This document shows positions 25,301-39,490 of a stretch of DNA of 64,000 nucleotides, in pieces (position 1 is the stretch's first letter; the number at the start of each line of letters is the position of its first letter). Origin of the DNA: Auanema rhodensis (lineage: Eukaryota > Animalia > Nematoda); contig OZ059894.1 in NCBI GenBank assembly GCA_964057225.1, positions 3,596,001 through 3,660,000 of the forward strand, in the 5' to 3' direction. Both the position numbers and the translations under genes were made by a program. A model generated the notes under the pieces. That model saw only the letters and a list, made by a program, of their open reading frames with translations, was not told the DNA's origin and did not search any database.

Positions 25301-28300
25301 TTTATCTTTCACGTGAAGCGAGTTACATACCAAGTGCACATCACGTGTACACTTAATTAGCATAAATTAAAGTTCACGTAAATTTCAAAGTCATGGTTAC
25401 CATGCACCAATATCAATAAAAATTTTTTTTTAGACTAATATGGACATGGGGAATCTAATTTTGAAAACCGCATCCCTTTATCTTTCACCTGAAGCGAGTT
25501 ACATACCAAGTGCACATCACGTGTACACTTAATAAGCATAAATTAAAGTTCACGTAAATTTCAAAGTCATGGTTACCATGCACCAATATCAATAAAAATT
25601 TTTTTTTAGACTAATATGGACATGGGGAATCTAATTTTGAAAACCGCATCCCTTTATCTTTCACCTGAAGCGAGTTACATATCAAGTGCACATCACGTGT
25701 ACACTTAATAAGCATAAATTAAAGTTCACGTAAATTTCAAAGTCATGGTTACCATCCACCAATATCAACAAAAATTTGTTTTTAGACTAATATGGACATG
25801 GGGAATCTAATTTTGAAAACCGCATCTCTTCATCTTTTACGTGAAGCGAGTTACATACCAAGTGCACATCACGTGTACACTTAATTAGCATAAATTAAAG
25901 TTCACGTAAATTTCAAAGTCATGGTTACCATCCACCAATATCAATAAAAATTTGTTTTTAGACTAATATGGAAATGGGGAATCTAATTTTGAAAACCGCA
26001 TCTCTTCATCTTTCACGTGAAGCAAGTTACATACCAAGTGCACATCATGTGTACACTTAATTAGCATAAATTAAAGTTCACGTAAATTTTAAAGTCATGG
26101 TTACCATGCACCAATATCAATAAAAATTTGTTTTTAGACTAATATGGACATGGGGAATCTAATTTTGAAAACCGCATCCCTTTATCTTTCACGTGAAGCA
26201 AGTTACATACCAAGTGCACATCATGTGTACACTTAATTAGCATAAATTAAAGTTCACGTAAATTTCAAAGTCATGGTTACCATCCACCAATATCAACAAA
26301 AATTTGTTTTTAGACTAATATGGACATGGGGAATCTAATTTTGAAAACCGCATCTCTTTATCTTTCACGTGAAGCGAGTTACATACCAAGTGCACATCAC
26401 GTGTACATTTAATTAGCATAAATTAAAGTTCACGTAAATTTCAAAGTCATGGTTACCATCCACCAATATCAACAAAAATTTGTTTTTAGACTAATATGGA
26501 CATGGGGAATCTAATTTTGAAAACCGCATCCCTTTATCTTTCACGTGAAGCAAGTTACATACCAAGTGCACATCATGTGTACACTTAATTAGCATAAATT
26601 AAAGTTCACGTAAATTTTAAAGTCATGGTTACCATGCACCAATATCAATAAAAATTTGTTTTTAGACTAATATGGACATGGGGAATCTAATTTTGAAAAC
26701 CGCATCCCTTTATCTTTCACGTGAAGCAAGTTACATACCAAGTGCACATCATGTGTACACTTAATTAGCATAAATTAAAGTTCACGTAAATTTCAAAGTC
26801 ATGGTTACCATCCACCAATATCAACAAAAATTTGTTTTTAGACTAATATGGACATGGGGAATCTAATTTTGAAAACCGCATCTCTTCATCTTTCACGTGA
26901 AGCGAGTTACATACCAAGTGCACATCACGTGTACACTTAATTAGCATAAATTAAAGTTCACGTAAATTTTAAAGTCATGGTTACCATGCACCAATATCAA
27001 TAAAAATTTGTTTTTAGACTAATATGGACATGGGGAATCTAATTTTGAAAACCGCATCTCTTTATCTTTGACGTGAAGCGAGTTACATACCGAGTGCACA
27101 TCACGTGTACACTTAATTAGCATAAATTAAAGTTCACTTAAATTTCAAAGTCATGGTTACCATCCACCAATATCAACAAAAATTTGTTTTTAGACTAATA
27201 TGGACATGGGGAATCTAATTTTGAAAACCGCATCTCTTCATCTTTTACGTGAAGCGAGTTACATACCAAGTGCACATCACGTGTACACTTAATTAGCATA
27301 AATTAAAGTTCACGTAAATTTCAAAGTCATGGTTACCATCCACCAATATCAATAAAAATTTGTTTTTAGACTAATATGGACATGGGGAATCTAATTTTGA
27401 AAACCGCATCCCTTTATCTTTCACGTGAAGCAAGTTACATACCAAGTGCACATCATGTGTACACTTAATTAGCATAAATTAAAGTTCACGTAAATTTTAA
27501 AGTCATGGTTACCATGCACCAATATCAATAAAAATTTGTTTTTAGACTAATATGGACATGGGGAATCTAATTTTGAAAACCGCATCTCTTCATCTTTCAC
27601 GTGAAGCGAGTTACATACCAAGTGCACATCACGTGTACACTTAATAAGCATAAATTAAAGTTCACGTAAATTTCAAAGTCATGGTTACCATGCACGAATA
27701 TCAATAAAAATTCGTTTTTAGACTAATATGGACATGAGGAATCTAATTTTGAAAACCGCATCTCTTCATCTTTCACGTGAAGCGAGTTACATACCAAGTG
27801 CACATCATGTGTACACTTAATTAGCATAAATTAAAGTTCACGTAAATTTCAAAGTCATGGTTACCATGCACCAATATTAATAAAAATTTGTTTTTAGACT
27901 AATATGGACATGGGGAATCTAATTTTGAAAACCGCATCTCTTTATCTTTGACGTGAAGCGAGTTACATACCAAGTGCACATCATGTGTACACTTAATTAG
28001 CATAAATTAAAGTTCACGTAAATTTCAAAGTCATGGTTACCATCCACCAATATCAACAAAAATGTGTTTTTAGACTAATATGGACATGGGGAATCTAATT
28101 TCGAAAAGCGCATCTCTTCATCTTTCACGTGAAGCGAGTTACATACCAAGTGCACATCATGTGTACACTTAATTAGCATAAATTAAAGTTCACGTAAATT
28201 TCAAAGTCATGGTTACCATGCACCAATATCAATAAAAATTTTTTTTTAGACTAATATGGACATGGGGAATCTAATTTTGAAAACCGCATCCCTTTATCTT

Positions 28301-31300
28301 TCACGTGAAGCGAGTTACATACCAAGTGCACATCACGTGTACACTTAATAAGCATAAATTAAAGTTCACGTAAATTTCAAAGTCATGGTTACCATGCACC
28401 AATATCAATAAAAATTCGTTTTTAGACTAATATGGACATGAGGAATCTAATTTTTTTGAAAACCGCATCTCTTCATCTTTCACGTGAAGCAAGTTACATA
28501 CCAAGTGCACATCATGTGTACACTCAATTAGCATAAATTAAAGTTCACGTAAATTTCAAAGTCATGGTTACCATGCACCAATATTAATAAAAATTTGTTT
28601 TTAGACTAATATGGACATGGGGAATCTAATTTTGAAAACCGCAACTCTTTATCTTTGACGTAAAGCGAGTTACATACCAAGTGCACATCATGTGTACACT
28701 TAATTAGCATAAATTAAAGTTCACGTAAATTTTAAAGTCATGGTTGCCATGCACCAATATCAATAAAAATTTGTTTTTAGACTAACATGGAAATGGGGAA
28801 TCTAATTTTGAAAACCGCATCTCTTTATCTTTCACGTGAAGCGAGTTACATACCAAGCGCACATCATGTGTACACTTAATTAGCATAAATTAAAGTTCAC
28901 GTAAATTTCAAAGTCATGGTTACCATGCACCAATATCAATAAAAATTTGTTTTTAGACTAATATGGACATGGGGAATCTAATTTTTTTGAAAACCGCATC
29001 TCTTCATCTTTCACGTGAAGCAAGTTACATACCAAGTGCACATCATGTGTACACTTAATTAGCATAAATTAAAGTTCACGTAAATTTCAAAGTCATGGTT
29101 ACCATGCACCAATATCAATAAAAATTTTTTTTTAGACTAATATGGACATGGGGAATCTAATTTTGAAAACCGCATCCCTTTATCTTTCACGTGAAGCGAG
29201 TTACATACCAAGTGCACATCACGTGTACACTTAATAAGCATAAATTAAAGTTCACGTAAATTTCAAAGTCATGGTTACCATGCACCAATATCAATAAAAA
29301 TTCGTTTTTAGACTAATATGGACATGAGGAATCTAATTTTTTTGAAAACCGCATCTCTTCATCTTTCACGTGAAGCAAGTTACATACCAAGTGCACATCA
29401 TGTGTACACTCAATTAGCATAAATTAAAGTTCACGTAAATTTCAAAGTCATGGTTACCATGCACCAATATTAATAAAAATTTGTTTTTAGACTAATATGG
29501 ACATGGGGAATCTAATTTTGAAAACCGCAACTCTTTATCTTTGACGTAAAGCGAGTTACATACCAAGTGCACATCATGTGTACACTTAATTAGCATAAAT
29601 TAAAGTTCACGTAAATTTTAAAGTCATGGTTACCATGCACCAATATTAATAAAAATTTGTTTTTAGACTAATATGGACATGGGGAATCTAATTTTGAAAA
29701 CCGCAACTCTTTATCTTTGACGTAAAGCGAGTTACATACCAAGTGCACATCATGTGTACACTTAATTAGCATAAATTAAAGTTCACGTAAATTTTAAAGT
29801 CATGGTTGCCATGCACCAATATCAATAAAAATTTGTTTTTAGACTAACATGGAAATGGGGAATCTAATTTTGAAAACCGCATCTCTTTATCTTTCACGTG
29901 AAGCGAGTTACATACCAAGCGCACATCATGTGTACACTTAATTAGCATAAATTAAAGTTCACGTAAATTTCAAAGTCATGGTTACCATGCACCAATATCA
30001 ATAAAAATTTGTTTTTAGACTAATATGGACATGGGGAATCTAATTTTGAAAACCGCATCTCTTTATCTTTGACGTAAAGCGAGTTACATACCAAGTGCAC
30101 ATCATGTGTACACTTAATTAGCATAAATTAAAGTTCACGTAAATTTCAAAGTCATGGTTACCATTCACCAATATTAATAAAAATTTGTTTTTAGACTAAT
30201 ATGGAAATGGGGAATCTAATTTTGAAAACCGCATCTCTTCATCTTTCACGTGAAGCGAGTTACATACCAAGTGCACATCATGTGTACACTTAATTAGCAT
30301 AAATTAAAGTTCACGTAAATTTCAAAGTCATGGTTACCATGCACCAATATCAATAAAAATTTGTTTTTAGACTAATATGGACATGGGGAATCTAATTTTG
30401 AAAACCGCATCTCTTTATCTTTCACGTGAAGCGAGTTACATACCAAGTGCACATCATGTGTACACTTAATTAGCATAAATTAAAGTTCACGTAAATTTCA
30501 AAGTCATGGTTGCCATGCACCAATATCAATAAAAATTTGTTTTTAGACTAATTTGGAAATGGGGAATCTATTTTGAAAACCGCATCTCTTCATCTTTCAC
30601 GTGAAGCGAGTTACATACCAAGTGCACATCACGTGTACACTTAATTAGCATAAATTGAAGTTCACGTAAATTTCAAAGTCATGGTTACCATGCACCAATA
30701 TCAATAAAAATTTGTTTTTAGACTAATATGGAAATGGGGAATCTAATTTTGAAAACCGCATCTCTTTATCTTTGACGTAAAGCGAGTTACATACCAAGTG
30801 CACATCATGTGTACACTTAATTAGCATAAATTAAAGTTCACGTAAATTTCAAAGTCATGGTTACCATGCACCAATATCAATAAAAATTTGTTTTTAGACT
30901 AATTTGGAAATGGGGAATCTATTTTGAAAACCGCATCTCTTTATCTTTCACGTGAAGCGAGTTACATACCAAGTGCACATCACGTGTACATTTAATTAGC
31001 ATAAATTAAAGTTCACGTAAATTTCAAAGTCATGGTTACCATCCACCAATATCAACAAAAATGTGTTTTTAGACTAATATGGACATGGGGAATCTAATTT
31101 CGAAAAGCGCATCTCTTCATCTTTCACGTGAAGCGAGTTACATACCAAGTGCACATCATGTGTACACTTAATTAGCATAAATTAAAGTTCACGTAAATTT
31201 CAAAGTCATGGTTACCATCCACCAATATCAATAAAAATTTGTTTTTAGACTAATTTGGAAATGGGGAATCTATTTTGAAAACCGCATCTCTTCATCTTTC

Positions 31301-34300
31301 ACGTGAAGCGAGTTACATACCAAGTGCACATCACGTGTACACTTAATTAGCATAAATTAAAGTTCACGTAAATTTCAAAGTCATGGTTACCATGCACCAA
31401 TATCAATAAAAATTTTTTTTTAGACTAATATGGACATGGGGAATCTAATTTTGAAAACCGCATCCCTTTATCTTTCACGTGAAGCGAGTTACATACCAAG
31501 TGCACATCACGTGTACACTTAATAAGCATAAATTAAAGTTCACGTAAATTTCAAAGTCATGGTTACCATGCACCAATATCAATAAAAATTCGTTTTTAGA
31601 CTAATATGGACATGAGGAATCTAATTTTTTTGAAAACCGCATCTCTTCATCTTTCACGTGAAGCAAGTTACATACCAAGTGCACATCATGTGTACACTCA
31701 ATTAGCATAAATTAAAGTTCACGTAAATTTCAAAGTCATGGTTACCATGCACCAATATTAATAAAAATTTGTTTTTAGACTAATATGGACATGGGGAATC
31801 TAATTTTGAAAACCGCAACTCTTTATCTTTGACGTAAAGCGAGTTACATACCAAGTGCACATCATGTGTACACTTAATTAGCATAAATTAAAGTTCACGT
31901 AAATTTTAAAGTCATGGTTGCAATGCACCAATATCAATAAAAATTTGTTTTTAGACTAACATGGAAATGGGGAATCTATATTTGAAAACCGCATCTCTTT
32001 ATCTTTCACGTGAAGCGAGTTACATACCAAGCGCACATCATGTGTACACTTAATTAGCATAAATTAAAGTTCACGTAAATTTCAAAGTCATGGTTACCAT
32101 GCACCAATATCAATAAAAATTTGTTTTTAGACTAATATGGACATGGGGAATCTAATTTTTTTGAAAACCGCATCTCTTCATCTTTCACGTGAAGCAAGTT
32201 ACATACCAAGTGCACATCATGTGTACACTTAATTAGCATAAATTAAAGTTCACGTAAATTTCAAAGTCATGGTTACCATGCACCAATATCAATAAAAATT
32301 TTTTTTTAGACTAATATGGACATGGGGAATCTAATTTTGAAAACCGCATCCCTTTATCTTTCACGTGAAGCGAGTTACATACCAAGTGCACATCACGTGT
32401 ACACTTAATAAGCATAAATTAAAGTTCACGTAAATTTCAAAGTCATGGTTACCATGCACCAATATCAATAAAAATTCGTTTTTAGACTAATATGGACATG
32501 AGGAATCTAATTTTTTTGAAAACCGCATCTCTTCATCTTTCACGTGAAGCAAGTTACATACCAAGTGCACATCATGTGTACACTCAATTAGCATAAATTA
32601 AAGTTCACGTAAATTTCAAAGTCATGGTTACCATGCACCAATATTAATAAAAATTTGTTTTTAGACTAATATGGACATGGGGAATCTAATTTTGAAAACC
32701 GCAACTCTTTATCTTTGACGTAAAGCGAGTTACATACCAAGTGCACATCATGTGTACACTTAATTAGCATAAATTAAAGTTCACGTAAATTTTAAAGTCA
32801 TGGTTGCCATGCACCAATATCAATACAAAATTTGTTTTTAGACTAACATGGAAATGGGGAATCTAATTTTGAAAACCGCATCTCTTTATCTTTCAAGTGA
32901 AGCGAGTTACATACCAAGCGCACATCATGTGTACACTTAATTAGCATAAATTAAAGTTCACGTAAATTTCAAAGTCATGGTTACCATGCACCAATATCAA
33001 TAAAAATTTGTTTTTAGACTAATATGGACATGGGGAATCTAATTTTGAAAACCGCATCTCTTTATCTTTGACGTAAAGCGAGTTACATACCAAGTGCACA
33101 TCATGTGTACACTTAATTAGCATAAATTAAAGTTCACGTAAATTTCAAAGTCATGGTTACCATTCACCAATATTAATAAAAATTTGTTTTTAGACTAATA
33201 TGGAAATGGGGAATCTAATTTTGAAAACCGCATCTCTTCATCTTTCACGTGAAGCGAGTTACATACCAAGTGCACATCATGTGTACACTTAATTAGCATA
33301 AATTAAAGTTCACGTAAATTTCAAAGTCATGGTTACCATGCACCAATATCAATAAAAATTTGTTTTTAGACTAATATGGACATGGGGAATCTAATTTTGA
33401 AAACCGCATCTCTTTATCTTTCACGTGAAGCGAGTTACATACCAAGTGCACATCATGTGTACACTTAATTAGCATAAATTAAAGTTCACGTAAATTTCAA
33501 AGTCATGGTTGCCATGCACCAATATCAATAAAAATTTGTTTTTAGACTAATTTGGAAATGGGGAATCTATTTTGAAAACCGCATCTCTTTATCTTTGACG
33601 TAAAGCGAGTTACATACCAAGTGCACATCACGTGTACACTTAATAAGCATAAATTGAAGTTCACGTAAATTTCAAAGTCATGGTTACCATGCACCAATAT
33701 CAATAAAAATTTTTTTTAGACTAATATGGACATGGGGAATCTAATTTTGAAAACCGCATCCCTTTATCTTTCACGTGAAGCGAGTTACATACCAAGTGCA
33801 CATCACGTGTACACTTAATAAGCATAAATTAAAGTTCACGTAAGTTTCAAAGTCATGGTTACCATGCACCAATATCAATAAAAATTCGTTTTTAGACTAA
33901 TATGGACATGAGGAATCTAATTTTTTTGAAAACCGCATCTCTTCATCTTTCACGTGAAGCGAGTTACATACCAAGTGCACATCATGTGTACACTCAATTA
34001 GCATAAATTAAAGTTCACGTAAATTTCAAAGTCATGGTTACCATGCACCAATATTAATAAAAATTTGTTTTTAGACTAATATGGACATGGGGAATCTAAT
34101 TTTGAAAACCGCATCTCTTTATCTTTGACGTGAAGCGAGTTACATACCAAGTGCACATCACGTGTACACTTAATAAGCATAAATTAAAGTTCACGTAAAT
34201 TTCAAAGTCATGGTTACCATGCACCAATATCAATAAAAATTTGTTTTTAGACTAACATGGACATGGGGAATCTAATTTTGAAAACCGCATCTCTTTATCT

Positions 34301-37189
34301 TTCACGTGAAGCGAGTTACATACCAAGTGCACATCACGTGTACATTTAATTAGCATAAATTAAAGTTCACGTAAATTTCAAAGTCATGGTTACCATCCAC
34401 CAATATCAACAAAAATGTGTTTTTAGACTAATATGGACATGGGGAATCTAATTTCGAAAAGCGCATCTCTTCATCTTTCACGTGAAGCGAGTTACATACC
34501 AAGTGCACATCACGTGTACACTTAATAAGCATAAATTAAAGTTCACGTAAATTTCAAAGTCATGGTTACCATGCACCAATATCAATAAAAATTTGTTTTT
34601 AGACTAATTTGGAAATGGGGAATCTATTTTGAAAACCGCATCTCTTCATCTTTCACGTGAAGCGAGTTACATACCAAGTGCACATCACGTGTACACTTAA
34701 TTAGCATAAATTAAAGTTCACGTAAATTTCAAAGTCATGGTTACCATGCACCAATATCAATAAAAATTTGTTTTTAGACTAACATGGACATGGGGAATCT
34801 AATTTTGAAAACCGCATCTCTTTATCTTTCACGTGAAGCGAGTTACATACCAAGTGCACATCACGTGTACATTTAATTAGCATAAATTAAAGTTCACGTA
34901 AATTTCAAAGTCATGGTTACCATCCACCAATATCAACAAAAATGTGTTTTTAGACTAATATGGACATGGGGAATCTAATTTCGAAAAGCGCATCTCTTCA
35001 TCTTTCACGTGAAGCGAGTTACATACCAAGTGCACATCACGTGTACACTTAATTAGCATAAATTAAAGTTCACGTAAATTTCAAAGTCATGGTTACCATG
35101 CACCAATATTAATAAAAATTTGTTTTTAGACTAATATGGACATGGGGAATCTAATTTTGAAAACCGCATCTCTTTATCTTTGACGTGAAGCGAGTTACAT
35201 ACCAAGTGCACATCATGTGTACACTTAATTAGCATAAATTAAAGTTCACGTAAATTTCAAAGTCATGGTTACCATGCACCAATATCAATAAAAATTTGTT
35301 TTTAGACTAACATGGACATGGGGAATCTAATTTTGAAAACCGCATCTCTTTATCTTTCACGTGAAGCGAGTTACATACCAAGTGCACATCACGTGTACAT
35401 TTAATTAGCATAAATTAAAGTTCACGTAAATTTCAAAGTCATGGTTACCATCCACCAATATCAACAAAAATGTGTTTTTAGACTAATATGGACATGGGGA
35501 ATCTAATTTCGAAAACCGCATCTCTTCATCTTTCACGTGAAGCGAGTTACATACCAAGTGCACATCACGTGTACACTTAATTAGCATAAATTGAAGTTCA
35601 CGTAAATTTCAAAGTCATGGTTACCATGCACCAATATCAATAAAAATTTTTTTTTAGACTAATATGGACATGGGGAATCTAATTTTGAAAACCGCATCCC
35701 TTTATCTTTCACGTGAAGCGAGTTACATACCAAGTGCACATCACGTGTACACTTAATAAGCATAAATTAAAGTTCACGTAAGTTTCAAAGTCATGGTTAC
35801 CATGCACCAATATCAATAAAAATTCGTTTTTAGACTAATATGGACATGAGGAATCTAATTTTTTTGAAAACCGCATCTCTTCATCTTTCACGTGAAGCGA
35901 GTTACATACCAAGTGCACATCATGTGTACACTCAATTAGCATAAATTAAAGTTCACGTAAATTTCAAAGTCATGGTTACCATGCACCAATATTAATAAAA
36001 ATTTGTTTTTAGACTAATATGGACATGGGGAATCTAATTTTGAAAACCGCATCTCTTTATCTTTGACGTGAAGCGAGTTACATACCAAGTGCACATCACG
36101 TGTACACTTAATAAGCATAAATTAAAGTTCACGTAAATTTCAAAGTCATGGTTACCATGCACCAATATCAATAAAAATTTGTTTTTAGACTAACATGGAC
36201 ATGGGGAATCTAATTTTGAAAACCGCATCTCTTTATCTTTCACGTGAAGCGAGTTACATACCAAGTGCACATCACGTGTACATTTAATTAGCATAAATTA
36301 AAGTTCACGTAAATTTCAAAGTCATGGTTACCATCCACCAATATCAACAAAAATGTGTTTTTAGACTAATATGGACATGGGGAATCTAATTTCGAAAAGC
36401 GCATCTCTTCATCTTTCACGTGAAGCGAGTTACATACCAAGTGCACATCACGTGTACACTTAATAAGCATAAATTAAAGTTCACGTAAATTTCAAAGTCA
36501 TGGTTACCATGCACCAATATCAATAAAAATTTGTTTTTAGACTAATTTGGAAATGGGGAATCTATTTTGAAAACCGCATCTCTTCATCTTTCACGTGAAG
36601 CGAGTTACATACCAAGTGCACATCACGTGTACACTTAATTAGCATAAATTAAAGTTCACGTAAATTTCAAAGTCATGGTTACCATGCACCAATATCAATA
36701 AAAATTTGTTTTTAGACTAACATGGACATGGGGAATCTAATTTTGAAAACCGCATCTCTTTATCTTTCACGTGAAGCGAGTTACATACCAAGTGCACATC
36801 ACGTGTACATTTAATTAGCATAAATTAAAGTTCACGTAAATTTCAAAGTCATGGTTACCATCCACCAATATCAACAAAAATGTGTTTTTAGACTAATATG
36901 GACATGGGGAATCTAATTTCGAAAAGCGCATCTCTTCATCTTTCACGTGAAGCGAGTTACATACCAAGTGCACATCACGTGTACACTTAATTAGCATAAA
37001 TTAAAGTTCACGTAAATTTCAAAGTCATGGTTACCATGCACCAATATTAATAAAAATTTGTTTTTAGACTAATATGGACATGGGGAATCTAATTTTGAAA
37101 ACCGCATCTCTTTATCTTTGACGTGAAGCGAGTTACATACCAAGTGCACATCATGTGTACACTTAATTAGCATAAATTAAAGTTCACGT

Positions 37190-39490
37190 AAATTTCAAAG
37201 TCATGGTTACCATGCACCAATATCAATAAAAATTTGTTTTTAGACTAACATGGACATGGGGAATCTAATTTTGAAAACCGCATCTCTTTATCTTTCACGT
37301 GAAGCGAGTTACATACCAAGTGCACATCACGTGTACATTTAATTAGCATAAATTAAAGTTCACGTAAATTTCAAAGTCATGGTTACCATCCACCAATATC
37401 AACAAAAATGTGTTTTTAGACTAATATGGACATGGGGAATCTAATTTCGAAAAGCGCATCTCTTCATCTTTCACGTGAAGCGAGTTACATACCAAGTGCA
37501 CATCACGTGTACACTTAATAAGCATAAATTAAAGTTCACGTAAATTTCAAAGTCATGGTTACCATGCACCAATATCAATAAAAATTTGTTTTTAGACTAA
37601 TTTGGAAATGGGGAATCTATTTTGAAAACCGCATCTCTTCATCTTTCACGTGAAGCGAGTTACATACCAAGTGCACATCACGTGTACACTTAATTAGCAT
37701 AAATTGAAGTTCACGTAAATTTCAAAGTCATGGTTACCATGCACCAATATCAATAAAAATTTTTTTTTAGACTAATATGGACATGGGGAATCTAATTTTG
37801 AAAACCGCATCCCTTTATCTTTCACGTGAAGCGAGTTACATACCAAGTGCACATCACGTGTACACTTGATAAGCATAAATTAAAGTTCACGTAAGTTTCA
37901 AAGTCATGGTTACCATGCACCAATATCAATAAAAATTCGTTTTTAGACTAATATGGACATGAGGAATCTAATTTTTTTGAAAACCGCATCTCTTCATCTT
38001 TCACGTGAAGCGAGTTACATACCAAGTGCACATCATGTGTACACTCAATTAGCATAAATTAAAGTTCACGTAAATTTCAAAGTCATGGTTACCATGCACC
38101 AATATTAATAAAAATTTGTTTTTAGACTAATATGGACATGGGGAATCTAATTTTGAAAACCGCATCTCTTTATCTTTGACGTGAAGCGAGTTACATACCA
38201 AGTGCACATCACGTGTACACTTAATAAGCATAAATTAAAGTTCACGTAAATTTCAAAGTCATGGTTACCATGCACCAATATCAATAAAAATTTGTTTTTA
38301 GACTAACATGGACATGGGGAATCTAATTTTGAAAACCGCATCTCTTTATCTTTCACGTGAAGCGAGTTACATACCAAGTGCACATCACGTGTACATTTAA
38401 TTAGCATAAATTAAAGTTCACGTAAATTTCAAAGTCATGGTTACCATCCACCAATATCAACAAAAATGTGTTTTTAGACTAATATGGACATGGGGAATCT
38501 AATTTCGAAAAGCGCATCTCTTCATCTTTCACGTGAAGCGAGTTACATACCAAGTGCACATCACGTGTACACTTAATAAGCATAAATTAAAGTTCACGTA
38601 AATTTCAAAGTCATGGTTACCATGCACCAATATCAATAAAAATTTGTTTTTAGACTAATTTGGAAATGGGGAATCTATTTTGAAAACCGCATCTCTTCAT
38701 CTTTCACGTGAAGCGAGTTACATACCAAGTGCACATCACGTGTACACTTAATTAGCATAAATTGAAGTTCACGTAAATTTCAAAGTCATGGTTACCATGC
38801 ACCAATATCAATAAAAATTTTTTTTTAGACTAATATGGACATGGGGAATCTAATTTTGAAAACCGCATCCCTTTATCTTTCACGTGAAGCGAGTTACATA
38901 CCAAGTGCACATCACGTGTACACTTAATAAGCATAAATTAAAGTTCACGTAAGTTTCAAAGTCATGGTTACCATGCACCAATATCAATAAAAATTTGTTT
39001 TTAGACTAATATGGACATGAGGAATCTAATTTTTTTGAAAACCGCATCTCTTCATCTTTCACGTGAAGCGAGTTACATACCAAGTGCACATCATGTGTAC
39101 ACTCAATTAGCATAAATTAAAGTTCACGTAAATTTCAAAGTCATGGTTACCATGCACCATTATCAATAAAAATTTGTTTTTAGACTAATATGGACATGGG
39201 GAATCTAATTTTGAAAACCGCATCTCTTTATCTTTGACGTGAAGCGAGTTACATACCAAGTGCACATCACGTGTACACTTAATAAGCATAAATTAAAGTT
39301 CACGTAAATTTCAAAGTCATGGTTACCATGCACCAATATCAATAAAAATTTGTTTTTAGACTAATTTGGAAATGGGGAATCTATTTTGAAAACCGCATCT
39401 CTTCATCTTTCACGTGAAGCGAGTTACATACCAAGTGCACATCACGTGTACACTTAATTAGCATAAATTGAAGTTCACGTAAATTTCAAA
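37190..39490. repeat. 6-monomer higher-order repeat, 1058 bp period (2 copies)
   Basis: The CGTAAGTTTC marker G is at 37895 and 38953. Confidence 0.87.
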
